A stretch of DNA of 64,000 nt, from contig OZ244799.1 in NCBI GenBank assembly GCA_965219955.1, forward strand, positions 4,219,616 to 4,283,615. The letters are read 5' to 3'. The notes beneath the pieces were generated by a model. That model saw only the letters and a program-made list of their open reading frames with translations, searched no databases and was not told where the DNA came from. Positions 28,872 to 39,804 of the stretch are shown here, piece after piece; the first letter of the stretch is position 1; every line of letters begins with the position of its first letter. A program made the position numbers and the translations under genes. Source of the stretch: a bacterium. Its GTDB lineage: Bacteria; UBA8248.

Positions 28872-30092
28872 CTAGCCGTATTGCAGGACCATGCCCTGCA
28901 GGCCCAGTTCGATGCAGCCGGCCACCTCGATGCAGCGCGAGTTCGCAGGCGGCATGACGACGCCGGTAATGCCCTCTCTGTAGAATCGCTCGAAGGGATA
29001 GCGCCGCGCGATGGAGCGGCCCCCCACGAGCCGCATCGCGTGCTGCACCACCTTGGCGCAGACCTCGCACGAGACGTATTTGGACTGCATGACGGTTTTT
29101 ACCGTGTCCTGGTTCGCCATGCCGTCCCCTTGTTCCTTCACGTGAGACGCCTCGTAGAGGAGCATTCGCGCGGCTCGGATCTCGGAGCTCAACTCGCCGA
29201 CCGTGGTCTGGTACATCTCGTTGTGGCTCAAGGGCTCGGGATTGGGCGGGTACTGCGTCGTTCTCACGTATTCGACCAGGTGATTGTAGGCCCCTTCCGC
29301 GATGCCGAGGTAGGCGGCGGCAAAGCCCAGGTGGAACATGGTGATGTCGATTTTCCCGAGCGCGCCGATGAAGTTCTCTCCCCCCAGGATGTCCTCGTTC
29401 GGCACGAAAGTGTCCTCGAAGATGATGTCGTCGCTCGCCGTTCCCCGCATCGACATGGTGTCCCACACCACCTGTACGGATGAACCCCCGTAATCCTTGT
29501 GGAGCACGGCGGTCATGATGGCCTCCGCGGCGGTTTTCTTCCCCTCCAGGAACCCGGTGGTGAAGTAGTAATCGGCGTGTTCGCCTATCGAAGCGGAAAT
29601 CTTCCTGCCGCTCAGGCGGTAGCCGCCCTCGACGGGAGAGAAGATGGTCTTGAGCGTAACGAGATGGCGGAAGCTCATGCCGCGCTCCGCCGTGACGGAG
29701 GAGAAAAGCTTTCCGTTCTCGACGATGTCGGGGAGCACGCGCTTTTTCTGCTCATCGTTCGCCAGGGCGAAAAAGAGGCTCACGCAGGTCTGGTGCATGT
29801 TCCAGGTCAGCGCCGTGGAGGCGCAAACCTTGCCCAGTTCGGCGAGCGCCATGTTGTAGGTGAGGGAATTGGCCCCCGAACCGCCCCATTCCTCGGGGAT
29901 GCACAGGGCGTTCAGGCCCGCGTCGTTGAGCAGTTTGTAGTTCTCGGTGGGGAAGCGGCCCTCGCGGTCGATCTCGGCCGCCAGCTCTTCCATCTGCGGC
30001 GCGAGGGCTTTTATTTTGTCGATGACCTCTTTGTCGTATTTCAGATCCATCAGCGTTTCGTATGACTCACTCGCCGCGGTTGTGGGACCCAT
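28872..30092 (-). CDS. acyl-CoA dehydrogenase-fold flavoprotein
   Basis: IPEEWGG.G, LSGRK, WDTMSMRGTAS, ERFYRE; start uncertain (30092 or 30050). Confidence 0.82.
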   Translation of the reverse strand: MGPTTAASESYETLMDLKYDKEVIDKIKALAPQMEELAAEIDREGRFPTENYKLLNDAGLNALCIPEEWGGSGANSLTYNMALAELGKVCASTALTWNMHQTCVSLFFALANDEQKKRVLPDIVENGKLFSSVTAERGMSFRHLVTLKTIFSPVEGGYRLSGRKISASIGEHADYYFTTGFLEGKKTAAEAIMTAVLHKDYGGSSVQVVWDTMSMRGTASDDIIFEDTFVPNEDILGGENFIGALGKIDITMFHLGFAAAYLGIAEGAYNHLVEYVRTTQYPPNPEPLSHNEMYQTTVGELSSEIRAARMLLYEASHVKEQGDGMANQDTVKTVMQSKYVSCEVCAKVVQHAMRLVGGRSIARRYPFERFYREGITGVVMPPANSRCIEVAGCIELGLQGMVLQYG

Positions 30093-30461
30093 TTTTTCCT
30101 CCTGTTCATCGAGGTGAAAAGCGCCACGCCTCGATCATCCAGACGGCGTTCTGCTCAAGGGTCGAGCGGGAGGACATGCCCGACGCATCTATTGGTCAAC
30201 CCATTTCTATCTCCACATCCCGGTTTCGGATATTGCTCCATACGCTCGCTGTTCGGCGCAACCACGTCACATGCCTGGAGCGCCGCTTGTCGCCAAGTGT
30301 GTGAATGCCGATTCTATCAGATGCCTCTCCGAGTTTGACAGCGCTTCATCGAGGCATGTAATCTCCGCTGGGTTTTTCATACTTTAACCCATTGCGATAA
30401 TTCTTGCACCAGCCGCAAATCGGCTCTGGTTTCATCACTCGTGTTTTTCGGGAGATTTAAC

Positions 30462-31463
30462 GTGCCTCCCCGCATACTCGTCTCCACCACGCCGTTCGGT
30501 GAGATCGACCCCAGGCCCGTCGAGATGCTCGAAAGCGCAGGGGTGGAGTACGTGCGCAACACGCTGGGCAAGCGGCCGAACGAGGAGGAATTCGCCGGGA
30601 TGATCCGCGGCGGCTTCGACGCCGTCATCGCGGGTCTGGAGCCCTTCACGCCGAGGATTCTGGATTTGGCGGAAGGGCTGCGGTTCATCTCGCGCGCCAC
30701 GGTGGGTCTCGAGACGGTGGACCTGAACGCGGCGAGGGAGAGAAACATTCTCGTCGCGAACACCCCCGGGGCCAACTCGGAGGCCGTGGCGGAACTGACG
30801 CTGAGTTATCTGCTCTCGCTCCTGCGGGGCGTTCATCGCTCCCACGACGCGCTCCTGCGCGGCGAGTGGCTCCAGTACATGGGCCGCACGCTCGATGAAA
30901 TCACCCTGGGCGTCATCGGCGTGGGGCGCATCGGCAAGCGGGTGGTTCGCCACGTCTCGGGCTTCGGCGCGAAAATCATCGCGAACGACCTGGCGCCCGA
31001 TGCGGAATTCGGCGAGCGCTACGGCGTGGAATGGGCCGGGAAAGAAGAAGTCTACCGGCGCGCCGACGCCGTCTCCCTGCACGTTCCCGCCACGCCGGCG
31101 ACGATCCACATGGTGGGGGAAGACGAGATCGCGATGATGAAAAAGGGCGCTTTCCTCATCAACACGGCGCGGGGCGTCATCGTGGACGATGAGGCGCTCG
31201 CTCGCGCGCTGCGCTCGGGCCACCTGGGGGGTGCGGGGATCGACGTTTTCCCCGAAGAGCCTTACCGGGGCGTCCTCGTGGGCGCGCCCAACTGCATTCT
31301 CACCGCGCATCTCGGCGCGAGAGCGCGCTCCTCGCGCTTGCAGATGGAGCTCGACGCGACGGAAAACGTCCTGTGCTTCCTGGCGGGGGAGCCGATTCCG
31401 GGACTCGTGCCGGATGAGGAATACGAGATGCAGCGCATCATCACCGCCGACGCGAACGCGTGA
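30462..31463 (+). CDS. D-2-hydroxyacid dehydrogenase (PHGDH-like)
   Basis: GVIGVGRIG, INTARG, DVFPEEP, TAHLG; GTG 30462 probable start. Confidence 0.88.
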   Translation: MPPRILVSTTPFGEIDPRPVEMLESAGVEYVRNTLGKRPNEEEFAGMIRGGFDAVIAGLEPFTPRILDLAEGLRFISRATVGLETVDLNAARERNILVANTPGANSEAVAELTLSYLLSLLRGVHRSHDALLRGEWLQYMGRTLDEITLGVIGVGRIGKRVVRHVSGFGAKIIANDLAPDAEFGERYGVEWAGKEEVYRRADAVSLHVPATPATIHMVGEDEIAMMKKGAFLINTARGVIVDDEALARALRSGHLGGAGIDVFPEEPYRGVLVGAPNCILTAHLGARARSSRLQMELDATENVLCFLAGEPIPGLVPDEEYEMQRIITADANA

Positions 31464-31502
31464 ACCGGAAAACCATACCCTCCCAGACATTGGAGTCATT
31501 CG

Positions 31503-32267
31503 ATGCCCAGGACACCTGATTATTTCGCGGGAAAAACCATCATCGTCACCGGCGCGGCCAGCGGCATCGGCAAGGAGACCTCCCTTATCTTCGGGCGCGA
31601 GGGGGCCAACGTCTTCTGCGCGGACCTGGATGAGGAAGGCGCCGCCGATGTGGCCGAACGCGTTACGGAGAACGGGGGCCGGGGCGTTCACATGAAGGTG
31701 GACGTCACCTCGCGCGAGGAGGCGTTCGCCATGACGAGGCGCGCGAAGGAGAGGTTCGGCCGGGTTGATTTCTCGCTCAACTCCGCAGGCGCCGCGCTCA
31801 AGCGTTCGGATTTTCTGGGTATTGACGACGACCTGTGGGAGCGGACGTTCGACCTGAACGTCAAGGGTGTTTTCTACTGCATGCAGGCCGCGATTCCCGA
31901 AATGCTCGAAAACGGCAAGGGCGTCATCGTCAACATCGGCAGCATGGCGCACAAGCGCGGCGGGCCGGGCCACTCGGTGCACTACGCGGCGGCCAAGGGC
32001 GCGGTGGTGACGATGAGCATGGGCGTGGGCCGCGAGTACGCGGATAAGGGAATCCGGTGCATGTCCATATCGCCGGGACCCATCGACACGCCGTTTCACG
32101 ACGTCTCCTCGGAGGAACTCAGGGAGTCGATGCGCGCTCAGATACCGATGGGCCGCTTCGGCACGCCGGAGGAAATCGGCGAACTGGTGCTGTTCATGTG
32201 TTCGGATGCGTGCGAGTTCATGACGGCGGATACCGTGTACGCAAACGGCGGCGGGGGCTGGAAGTAA
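31503..32267 (+). CDS. short-chain dehydrogenase/reductase
   Basis: TGAASGIG, YAAAK. Confidence 0.9.
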   Translation: MPRTPDYFAGKTIIVTGAASGIGKETSLIFGREGANVFCADLDEEGAADVAERVTENGGRGVHMKVDVTSREEAFAMTRRAKERFGRVDFSLNSAGAALKRSDFLGIDDDLWERTFDLNVKGVFYCMQAAIPEMLENGKGVIVNIGSMAHKRGGPGHSVHYAAAKGAVVTMSMGVGREYADKGIRCMSISPGPIDTPFHDVSSEELRESMRAQIPMGRFGTPEEIGELVLFMCSDACEFMTADTVYANGGGGWK

Positions 32268-32276
32268 AGCGCCGGG

Positions 32277-32501
32277 TCACCTTCTCGAAAAAAGGTTCAG
32301 GAGCAGCGTCAGCACGATGCTGATCACGATGCAGGTCACCACCGGGAAGGAAAAACTCCAGTTCTTGCCCTTCAGGTGAATGTCGCCCGGCAGTTTCCCC
32401 AGAAACGGGATCTTGGGCGCCAGGACGAACACCACGCCTAAGACCATCAGAACCGCGCCGAGCAGAACCAGCGTTTTACCGAAACCGCCGAAAGGCTCCA
32501 T
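32277..32501 (-). CDS. DUF2905 small membrane protein
   Basis: GKLPGDI...F.FP..TCI..S motif; typical ruvB neighbour. Confidence 0.85.
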   Translation of the reverse strand: MEPFGGFGKTLVLLGAVLMVLGVVFVLAPKIPFLGKLPGDIHLKGKNWSFSFPVVTCIVISIVLTLLLNLFSRR

Positions 32502-32515
32502 CTGCCTTTTCCCTC

Positions 32516-33580
32516 TTAAGCGGACGTATCCGCTTCCTCATCCTTCGCGCTTGCGTCCCAAAGCTCCCGCTGAACCCCCTGGGGCAGCGCGACGCCCAGG
32601 AGCGCATACGCCGCCGATGGCGCGCGCCTGCCGCCGCGCGTGCGCTGTACGAAACCCGCCCGCAGCAGGAACGGCTCCACCATGTCCACCAGGGTGTCCG
32701 ACTCCTCGTTCATGGTGGCGGCGATGGCCTCCACCCCCACGGGGCCGCCGCCGTATTGGTCGATGATCGTCCGCAGATATTTTCTGTCCAGCGCGTCGAG
32801 GCCCAGTTCGTCCACGCCCTCCATGGCGAGCGCCTCGCGCGTCGAGGAGAGGCTGATGGCGCCGTCGCCCCGCGCCTGGCAGAAATCGCGCGTCCAGAGC
32901 AGGAGCCGGTTCGCCGTCCGGGGCGTGCCACGGCTTCTTTGGGCGAGTTCGCGCGCCGCCTCCTCTTCTATCGGGGCGTCGAGGCGCACGGCGCTCCTGA
33001 GGAGGATCTGCACGAGTTCCTCCTCGGAATAGAAATCCACGTGATAGACGAGATAGAAGCGCTCTCTCAAGGCGGCTGTCAGGGCGCCGGGGCGCGTTGT
33101 GGCGCCCACGCCCGTGAATATCTTGAGCGGGAAGTTGATGGTGCGGGCCATGGGGCCGCGGTCGACGACGAAATCCACGCGGTAGTCCTCCATCGCGGGG
33201 TAGAGGAATTCCTCCACCGCGCTGGGCATCCGGTGGATCTCGTCGATGAACAGCACGTCGCCCTGCTGTAAGCCCGTGAGGATTCCCATGAGGTCGGCCG
33301 GTCTGGAGAGGGAGGGGCCGGAGGTCTTGACGAGGCGCGTGCCCATCTCTTCCGAGATGATGTGCGAGAGCGTGGTTTTCCCCAGACCCGGCGGTCCGTG
33401 GAAGAGGATGTGGCCCAGGGGTTCGTTTCTCCTGCGCGAGGCTTCGAGCGCAATCCGCAGCTTGGCCACCAGGTCGGTCTGGCCCACGTATTCTTCGAGC
33501 CTCGTGGGCCTGAGCGAGGTGAAGGTTCGCTCCTCCGCCGGGCTCGCCGCCTTGGCGCTCACGCGCCGCTCGATGACCAT
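32516..33580 (-). CDS. ruvB: Holliday junction helicase RuvB
   Basis: LRP..L.EYVGQ, GPPGLGKTT, IDEIHR, SRGTPR. Confidence 0.97.
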   Translation of the reverse strand: MVIERRVSAKAASPAEERTFTSLRPTRLEEYVGQTDLVAKLRIALEASRRRNEPLGHILFHGPPGLGKTTLSHIISEEMGTRLVKTSGPSLSRPADLMGILTGLQQGDVLFIDEIHRMPSAVEEFLYPAMEDYRVDFVVDRGPMARTINFPLKIFTGVGATTRPGALTAALRERFYLVYHVDFYSEEELVQILLRSAVRLDAPIEEEAARELAQRSRGTPRTANRLLLWTRDFCQARGDGAISLSSTREALAMEGVDELGLDALDRKYLRTIIDQYGGGPVGVEAIAATMNEESDTLVDMVEPFLLRAGFVQRTRGGRRAPSAAYALLGVALPQGVQRELWDASAKDEEADTSA

Positions 33581-33590
33581 GTTTTTCTCC

Positions 33591-34226
33591 CTACCGGCTC
33601 AGCCGGAACACTTCCTGCAGGATGGCTTCTGCCTCCGCGTCCGTTCCCAGCGAGGCGACGGCGCGCTCCACGAGGTTCTCCGCCTCGGGCGTGCGGTAGC
33701 CCAGCTGCCCCACCAGCACGGCCATGACGTCCCCGTACAGGGGCGCGGCCTCTTGACGCTCCGCGGCCGGGAGCGCGACCCCTCCCATCAGTTGAAGCTC
33801 CGCGATCTCCTCTCTGAGCGTCGAGATCACCTGTTCGGCCTTTTTCCTGCCGATGCCGGGCAGCTTGGTGAGCATGGTGGCGTTCGCCGCCGCGATGGCT
33901 TCCGCGATCTGGAGGGGGGGCAGGCTCATCGCCCGCACCCCGCTCTTGGGGCTGATGCCGGGCACCTTGATGAAAGAGAGGAAAAAGGCTCTTTCTTCCG
34001 CGGAGAGGAAACCCACCAGCCGGGGCAGGAGCTGGCCCGTGGCCACGTTTCCCTCCAGGTAGTGATGGGTGTGGAGTTCCACCGCCTCGCGCGCGCCCAT
34101 GAGGGCCTGGAGCTCATGCACCGCGTATCCGCCCACCTGTATTTCGTAGGCGACCCCGGTCGGCGTCTTCAGGATGACGCATTCAGCCTGAACGTCGATG
34201 ATCTCTCCCGATATCTGCCGGATCAT
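33591..34226 (-). CDS. ruvA: Holliday junction branch migration protein RuvA
   Basis: OB-fold start, HhH motifs VPGISPK and LPGIGRKKA, LGY; between ruvC and ruvB. Confidence 0.9.
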   Translation of the reverse strand: MIRQISGEIIDVQAECVILKTPTGVAYEIQVGGYAVHELQALMGAREAVELHTHHYLEGNVATGQLLPRLVGFLSAEERAFFLSFIKVPGISPKSGVRAMSLPPLQIAEAIAAANATMLTKLPGIGRKKAEQVISTLREEIAELQLMGGVALPAAERQEAAPLYGDVMAVLVGQLGYRTPEAENLVERAVASLGTDAEAEAILQEVFRLSR

Positions 34227-34756
34227 GCGCTGCTCCCGACCGCCTGTTCGCGCCTCAGGTGGCTTCGGTCGATGTGGCAGTAGGCGGCGGCGATGGCGTC
34301 GGCCACGTCGGCGGGTTCGGGCAGATCGTGCAATCGGAGCCGCTGCCGGACCATGTGCTGCACCTGCGACTTCGTGGCGCGCCCGGCGCCGACGAGCGAT
34401 TTCTTGATCTCCGTGGCCGCGTAGCTGGCCACCTCTACGCCCGCCTGCGATGCGGCGAGGAAGATCACCCCTCGCGCGTGTCCCATGATGATGGAGGTGC
34501 GGGGGTGTTTGTAGTGGCTGTAGAGGTTTTCCACGGCCATGACGTCTGGTCCGTGCGTCTCGATGATGTGGGCGAGGTCCTTGTGCAGTTCATAGAGGCG
34601 CTTCTCGATGGGCGCGCTCGGGTCGTTTTTGAGGATGCCGCCGTCCACCAGGCATGGTTCGTATTCGCCCTCATCGAGGCGCAAGACGGCGTAGCCCGTC
34701 ACGCCAAGGCCGGGGTCCACGCCCAGCACGCGGAATGTCTTTTCAGGTTGCGTCAA
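34223..34756 (-). CDS. ruvC: crossover junction endonuclease RuvC
   Basis: LGVDPG...TGY, G.GRATKSQV, DVADA. Confidence 0.95.
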   Translation of the reverse strand: MTQPEKTFRVLGVDPGLGVTGYAVLRLDEGEYEPCLVDGGILKNDPSAPIEKRLYELHKDLAHIIETHGPDVMAVENLYSHYKHPRTSIIMGHARGVIFLAASQAGVEVASYAATEIKKSLVGAGRATKSQVQHMVRQRLRLHDLPEPADVADAIAAAYCHIDRSHLRREQAVGSSA

Positions 34757-34787
34757 GAGAAAACCCCACGGGCGGTGGGTTGTGCGT

Positions 34788-35537
34788 TTATGCGGATGCT
34801 TCCGCCATCTGTTCTTCTGAGATGTCGAAGTTCGCGTAGACGTTCTGCACGTCGTCGTTGTCCTCGAGCGCCTCCATGAGGCGGAGCATCTGCTCCGCTT
34901 CCTTGCCCTCGAGCTTCACCGTCGATTTGGGCAGCATGGCGAGTTCGGCCGATTCCGCCGGTATTTCGCTTTGCTCGAGCGCCTCGCGCACGGTCTCGAA
35001 CGCATCCGGCGAGGTGTGGATTTCGAACAGATCGTCGGTGGATTCGAAGTCCTCCGCCCCCGCTTCGAGGGCGAGTTCCATGAGCGTTTCCTCGTCCACG
35101 CTCTCCTGGAGGACGAGGAACAGGCCCTTTTTCTCAAAATTCCACGCCACGGCGTTCGGCTCGGCCATGGTGCCGTTGTTCTTCGTCAGGATGTGGCGGA
35201 TTTCGGCGCCGGTCCGGTTGCGGTTGTCGGTGAGCACAGAGATGAGAATCGCCACCCCGTTGGGGCCGTAGCCCTCATAGGCGCATTCCTCGTAGTTCAC
35301 GCCTTCGAGGTCGCCCGTTCCCTTGGCGATGGCGCGCGCGATGTTGTCCTGGGGCATGTTGGCCCCTTTCGCCGTCTGAATCGCCGTGCGCAGCCGGGGG
35401 TTGCCGTCGGGGTCTCCCCCGCCGAGCCGGGCCGCGATGGTGATTTCCTTGATGAGTTTGGTGAAAATCTTGCCGCGCTTGGCGTCGAGTGCGCCTTTTT
35501 TCCGCTTGATGGTGCTCCATTTGGAATGACCGGACAT
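34788..35537 (-). CDS. yebC: YebC/PmpR family protein
   Basis: [28 protein letters not shown]; ATG 35537. Confidence 0.95.
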   Translation of the reverse strand: MSGHSKWSTIKRKKGALDAKRGKIFTKLIKEITIAARLGGGDPDGNPRLRTAIQTAKGANMPQDNIARAIAKGTGDLEGVNYEECAYEGYGPNGVAILISVLTDNRNRTGAEIRHILTKNNGTMAEPNAVAWNFEKKGLFLVLQESVDEETLMELALEAGAEDFESTDDLFEIHTSPDAFETVREALEQSEIPAESAELAMLPKSTVKLEGKEAEQMLRLMEALEDNDDVQNVYANFDISEEQMAEASA

Positions 35538-35783
35538 GACGGGTACTCCTGCGATTCTCCTGCGGTGGGTTCTATCCCTCTCCAGCCGAAGGGCATTCGT
35601 CTTCATGAGGCATTCTGACTATAATTTCTAGCATGAGGGGCGGTGGGAGTAAAGACTTGAATGATCGGGTGCCGGTTCCCACCAGAAACATTTCGCGTGG
35701 ACACTCGTGTGCTGAGGTGATATTTTTCCGCCAGACGTTTCCGGGGAGGATGGGTCCTGAGTGCTCAAAAAACAGTATCATCG

Positions 35784-36746
35784 ATGAATCCCGTCGAAAG
35801 GGGCGTGCGGACCCTCCGGATCGAGGCCGAGGCGCTCGCAGGGCTCATCACCCGGCTGGATGAGGGGTTCATCCGGGCGGTCGATATCGTTCTGGGGTGC
35901 AAGGGCAAGGTCGCTGTCACCGGCATGGGGAAGAGCGGTCTGATCGGGCAGAAGATCTCCGCCACACTCGCGAGCACGGGCACGCCCTCTTATTTTCTGC
36001 ACGCCGCCGAGGGCGTTCACGGCGATTTGGGCATGGTGACGAAAGACGACGCCGTCGTCGCGCTCTCCTACAGCGGCGAGACGGACGAGGTGGTGCGCAT
36101 ACTGCCCGTCTTCGCCCGTCTGGGGGCGCCGCTCATCGCCATCACCGGAACAAAGAACTCCACCCTCTGGCGCGCGGCGCAGGCCGTACTGAACATTCAC
36201 GTGAAAGAAGAGGCCTGCCCGATTCAACTCGCGCCCACGGCGAGCAGCACCGCCGCCCTGGCGATGGGCGATGCGCTGGCGATGGCCGTTCTGGAGGCCC
36301 GCGGGTTTCAGCCCGAGGATTTCGCCCGCTTTCATCCCGGAGGTTCAATCGGGAAGAAGCTCATTCGCGTGAAGGAGTTGATGGTCACGGGCGATAACGT
36401 CCCGCAGGTGGAGGAGGCGGCTCCCCTGGCCCGGGTCGTGCGCGAGATGAGCGCCAAGAGGCTGGGGATGACATGCGTGACGGGCGCGGAGCTCGAACTG
36501 CGCGGCGTCGTCACGGACGGGGACTTGAGGCGCGCAATGGAACAGATAGGGGATCTGCCCGACCTGAAGGCTCGGGATCTGATGACGTCTGCTCCGAAGA
36601 CGATCGACCAGGACGAAATGGCCGCCGCCGCGGTTCAGATGATGGAGGCGAGCGCCATCACGTGCCTGGCGGTCACCGCAGGCCCTGATGGACGCCTGGC
36701 GGGCGTGCTGCATCTGCACCATCTGTTGCGTGCAGGCGTGGTGTAA
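35784..36746 (+). CDS. kdsD: arabinose-5-phosphate isomerase (KpsF/GutQ, SIS plus CBS)
   Basis: TGMGKSG, HGDLG, LAPTASST, FHPGG. Confidence 0.92.
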   Translation: MNPVERGVRTLRIEAEALAGLITRLDEGFIRAVDIVLGCKGKVAVTGMGKSGLIGQKISATLASTGTPSYFLHAAEGVHGDLGMVTKDDAVVALSYSGETDEVVRILPVFARLGAPLIAITGTKNSTLWRAAQAVLNIHVKEEACPIQLAPTASSTAALAMGDALAMAVLEARGFQPEDFARFHPGGSIGKKLIRVKELMVTGDNVPQVEEAAPLARVVREMSAKRLGMTCVTGAELELRGVVTDGDLRRAMEQIGDLPDLKARDLMTSAPKTIDQDEMAAAAVQMMEASAITCLAVTAGPDGRLAGVLHLHHLLRAGVV

Positions 36747-36803
36747 GGGTTTTCCCCTCAGGCTGAATTCTCGAATCATCCGGGCGCGGCATCGGCCCGT
36801 CCC

Positions 36804-37547
36804 TCACTTCCACCCCGAAGGTCCGAAAATCAAAAGACAGAGCGCTGCGGCTGTCATCAGCACGATACCACCCGCGAAGCCCAGAGCGGGCGGGATGCGT
36901 CCGCGAAGCAGCCTGCCCATCAGGAATCCGGCGACGGCGGGCAGAATCGATACGGCGGAGCGCGCCGACTCGAAGGCTCCCAGTGCGCCCGAGCCGCTCA
37001 GGATGGCTATCTGAACGCTCGCGAACACAAGTGCCGCGGTATAGGTGAGCCGCATCATCCGGGCGCGGCCCGCGCCCGTGCTGTCGAGATACATGATGCT
37101 TATGGGGTTGCCCGCGTATGAGAAGCCGCTCAGGCCGCCTGCGAAGAACCCGGCCAGGTAGGTGAAGAAGGTCTCGTCCCGCATGTCGAGTTGGACTCTC
37201 TGGCGCGAGATGCTGTAGACGGCGAACAACAGGACGAGGACGCCCACCGACCACTTGAGGAACGTGGGCGGGCTGGAGATCAAAGTCAGCACGCCCACGG
37301 CGGCGCCCGCCGCGCCCGCGCCCAGGAAAGGCATGAGGCGCTTGAGAGATGCGGCGGGAACGCCGCCGCCTATCGCGCGAATCGCCATGAGGATCAGGTT
37401 CGGCAGCGAGAGGGTGAGCACGGAATCGCGCACCCCGATGAGAGCGCCCAGCGCAGGCGTCGCCACGAGGCCGAAGTCTATCCCCGCGGCTCCTTCGAGA
37501 AACGCCGCGGCGAAGACGAGAAGCGTGATATCCCAGGATGGCCACAT
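36804..37547 (-). CDS. TauE/SafE family exporter
   Basis: Multi-TM protein with G..G..FGL...P and GF.AGGL.G repeats. Confidence 0.75.
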   Translation of the reverse strand: MWPSWDITLLVFAAAFLEGAAGIDFGLVATPALGALIGVRDSVLTLSLPNLILMAIRAIGGGVPAASLKRLMPFLGAGAAGAAVGVLTLISSPPTFLKWSVGVLVLLFAVYSISRQRVQLDMRDETFFTYLAGFFAGGLSGFSYAGNPISIMYLDSTGAGRARMMRLTYTAALVFASVQIAILSGSGALGAFESARSAVSILPAVAGFLMGRLLRGRIPPALGFAGGIVLMTAAALCLLIFGPSGWK

Positions 37548-37565
37548 CGGTTCGGGCGTATCCGG

Positions 37566-38549
37566 CTAGAGGTTCAACAGGCGCTGGATGTTCTTGTGCG
37601 AGACGTTCTCGTATTCTTCCTGGCTCAGTCCCGACTGCCTGAGCGTTTCGACCGCCTCGGTGTCCGTCATGTCGTAGGGAAGGTCCGTGCCCAGCACGAC
37701 CCGGTCTCCTCCCATCACGTCCACCAGGAAGCGCACGACGGGCGGATGAAACACGAGCATGTCCAGGTAGAAGTTCGAGCGGAGGTATTCCAGCGGCGGA
37801 CGCGATATTTTCTTGCACTCGGGCCGCACCTTCCACCCGTGAGCGAATCGGCCGACCAGATAGGGCACGGTTCCCCCGCCGTGCAGGAAGATGAAGGTGA
37901 GATTCGGCAGCCTGTCGAAAATGCCGGAGAAGATGAGCCGTCCGATGCTGTTCGCGCTCTCGGTGGGGAAGCCGACGAGGTTGAACAGGTGGTATTCCTT
38001 CATCTGCGCCGCACCCGCCGGATTGGCCGGATGAACGATGATGGGCACGTTCAGGCTTGCCGCCGCCTCGTAGATGGGATGGAAACGCTCATCGTCGAGA
38101 TAGCGGCCGTTCACGTTCGTGCTCAAAAACCCGCCCTTGAGGCCCAGCTTGTTGACGGAGCGTTCGAGTTCCTTCACCGAAAGCTCCGTGTTCTGGGCGG
38201 GCAGGGAGGCCAGTCCGTGAAATTTGTCGGGGTGTTTCTCGATGATGCCGGCGTAGGCGTCGTTCGCCGCCTGGCAGAGTTCATCGGCCAGCCCGTCGTC
38301 CGCCCAGTAGCAGCCCGGGTTCGACGAGAAGGACAAGATGTTCATGTCCAGGTTCATCTCGTCCATGGTCTCGAGTCTCAAATCCACGTTGGTGAAAGGC
38401 TCGATGGGCGGGTGCATCATGCCCTTGATGTCCACGACGCGCTTGCCCTCGGCGTTCGTGGTGAGCTTCACGCCGTAGCGCGGGCCTTCTTTTTCGAGAA
38501 TTTCAAAGTATTCTTCCGGGTATATGTGGCAATGGGCGTCGATGTGCAT
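37566..38549 (-). CDS. amidohydrolase_2 family (ACMSD-like decarboxylase)
   Basis: IDAHCH, HP, HGGGTVPY..GR, GTDLPY. Confidence 0.85.
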   Translation of the reverse strand: MHIDAHCHIYPEEYFEILEKEGPRYGVKLTTNAEGKRVVDIKGMMHPPIEPFTNVDLRLETMDEMNLDMNILSFSSNPGCYWADDGLADELCQAANDAYAGIIEKHPDKFHGLASLPAQNTELSVKELERSVNKLGLKGGFLSTNVNGRYLDDERFHPIYEAAASLNVPIIVHPANPAGAAQMKEYHLFNLVGFPTESANSIGRLIFSGIFDRLPNLTFIFLHGGGTVPYLVGRFAHGWKVRPECKKISRPPLEYLRSNFYLDMLVFHPPVVRFLVDVMGGDRVVLGTDLPYDMTDTEAVETLRQSGLSQEEYENVSHKNIQRLLNL

Positions 38550-38702
38550 TCTTCTCGTCTCCGTTGTGGGAAAGGTCGAACCGGATTGTTAGCACCCGTG
38601 AACAAGAGGTGTCAATGAAAGAACGTCATCTTGCGGGTGGGGCGAGGACAGGGGGAATCCGATGAGTTCTCAAGATTTCCGTGTCGACTCGAAAAAAGAG
38701 AT

Positions 38703-39479
38703 TCAGGGTTTCACGGCCCGGATGGTCGCGCTTGCGAGTTCGGGCGTGACGTAGGGCTTGCGCCCAATGATTTCCACGTCGACGAAACCGGCCTCCCGCA
38801 GCCCGGCGACGTACGCATCCTCGCTGATCGCGCCCGCGATGCAAGCGCACCAGTCCGCGATAGATGCTTCTCCGGGGGGCTCGATGGTTTCTTCTCCAGC
38901 TGTGTCGCTCGCTCTGATGACGTCTGACACGACGAAGCGCCCGCCCGGACGCAGCACGCGGAAGGATTCGCGGAACACGGCCGGCTTGTCCGGCGAGAGG
39001 TTGATGACGCAGTTGCTGATGACGACGTCGACCGAGGCCTCTTCAACCGGCATGTTCTCCATCTCGCCCTTTCGGAACGAGACGTTCGGAAGCCCCATGC
39101 TCCGCCTGTTTCGCTCCGCTTTCTCCAGCATGGCGTCCGTCATGTCGAGGCCGATGACGCTCCCGCGAGGCCCCACCTCCTTCGCGGCGAGAAAACAGTC
39201 CAGCCCCGCGCCCGAACCCAGGTCCAGCAGCGTCTCGCCCGGCCTGGGCGCAGCGTCCAGGATCGGGGTTCCGCAGCCCGCGTTCGCGCTCAGAACGTCC
39301 GGGGGAAGCTCCTCCACGGCCTCTTTCGCATAGCCGATGCTCTCGACGTTCTCCGCACCCGCGGGCACCTCGGCGCTCGAATCCCCGCAGCAGGAAACCT
39401 CCCCTGTGGCGACTTTCGCATAGAGTTCCCGAACGGCGCTTTTGATGCTTCCCGCATCATCGCAGCATCCTGCAGACAT
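38703..39479 (-). CDS. arsM: arsenite methyltransferase
   Basis: ATG 39479; GCGTP, LDLGSGAGLD, ISNCVINL, WCACIAGA. Confidence 0.85.
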   Translation of the reverse strand: MSAGCCDDAGSIKSAVRELYAKVATGEVSCCGDSSAEVPAGAENVESIGYAKEAVEELPPDVLSANAGCGTPILDAAPRPGETLLDLGSGAGLDCFLAAKEVGPRGSVIGLDMTDAMLEKAERNRRSMGLPNVSFRKGEMENMPVEEASVDVVISNCVINLSPDKPAVFRESFRVLRPGGRFVVSDVIRASDTAGEETIEPPGEASIADWCACIAGAISEDAYVAGLREAGFVDVEIIGRKPYVTPELASATIRAVKP

Positions 39480-39804
39480 GGACCGAAACTCCTCCCTGAT
39501 GACTAATAGGCATCCGGAGCAGACGCACCGGATTTGAACAGGATAACAAGTATGCGCGAGAGGGGGGAAGGGGGCATGTCCGTCTGCCGACCGAAATGGC
39601 ATTTTTAAGCGTAACGTATTATATATCAATACGATAAATTCACAGTTTTTTATCGAAAAACCCCGTGAATTTATCGAAATTTATCGAAATTTTCGGAAAT
39701 TCCGGCGCGACCCGCCTCACCGGTCCGCGGGGGAGCCGCGCCGCGCCGGCGGACTCCGCCGCTGCGGCAATTGCGGGGAAATGCGCGTCAAGGCCGAGCG
39801 GGAC

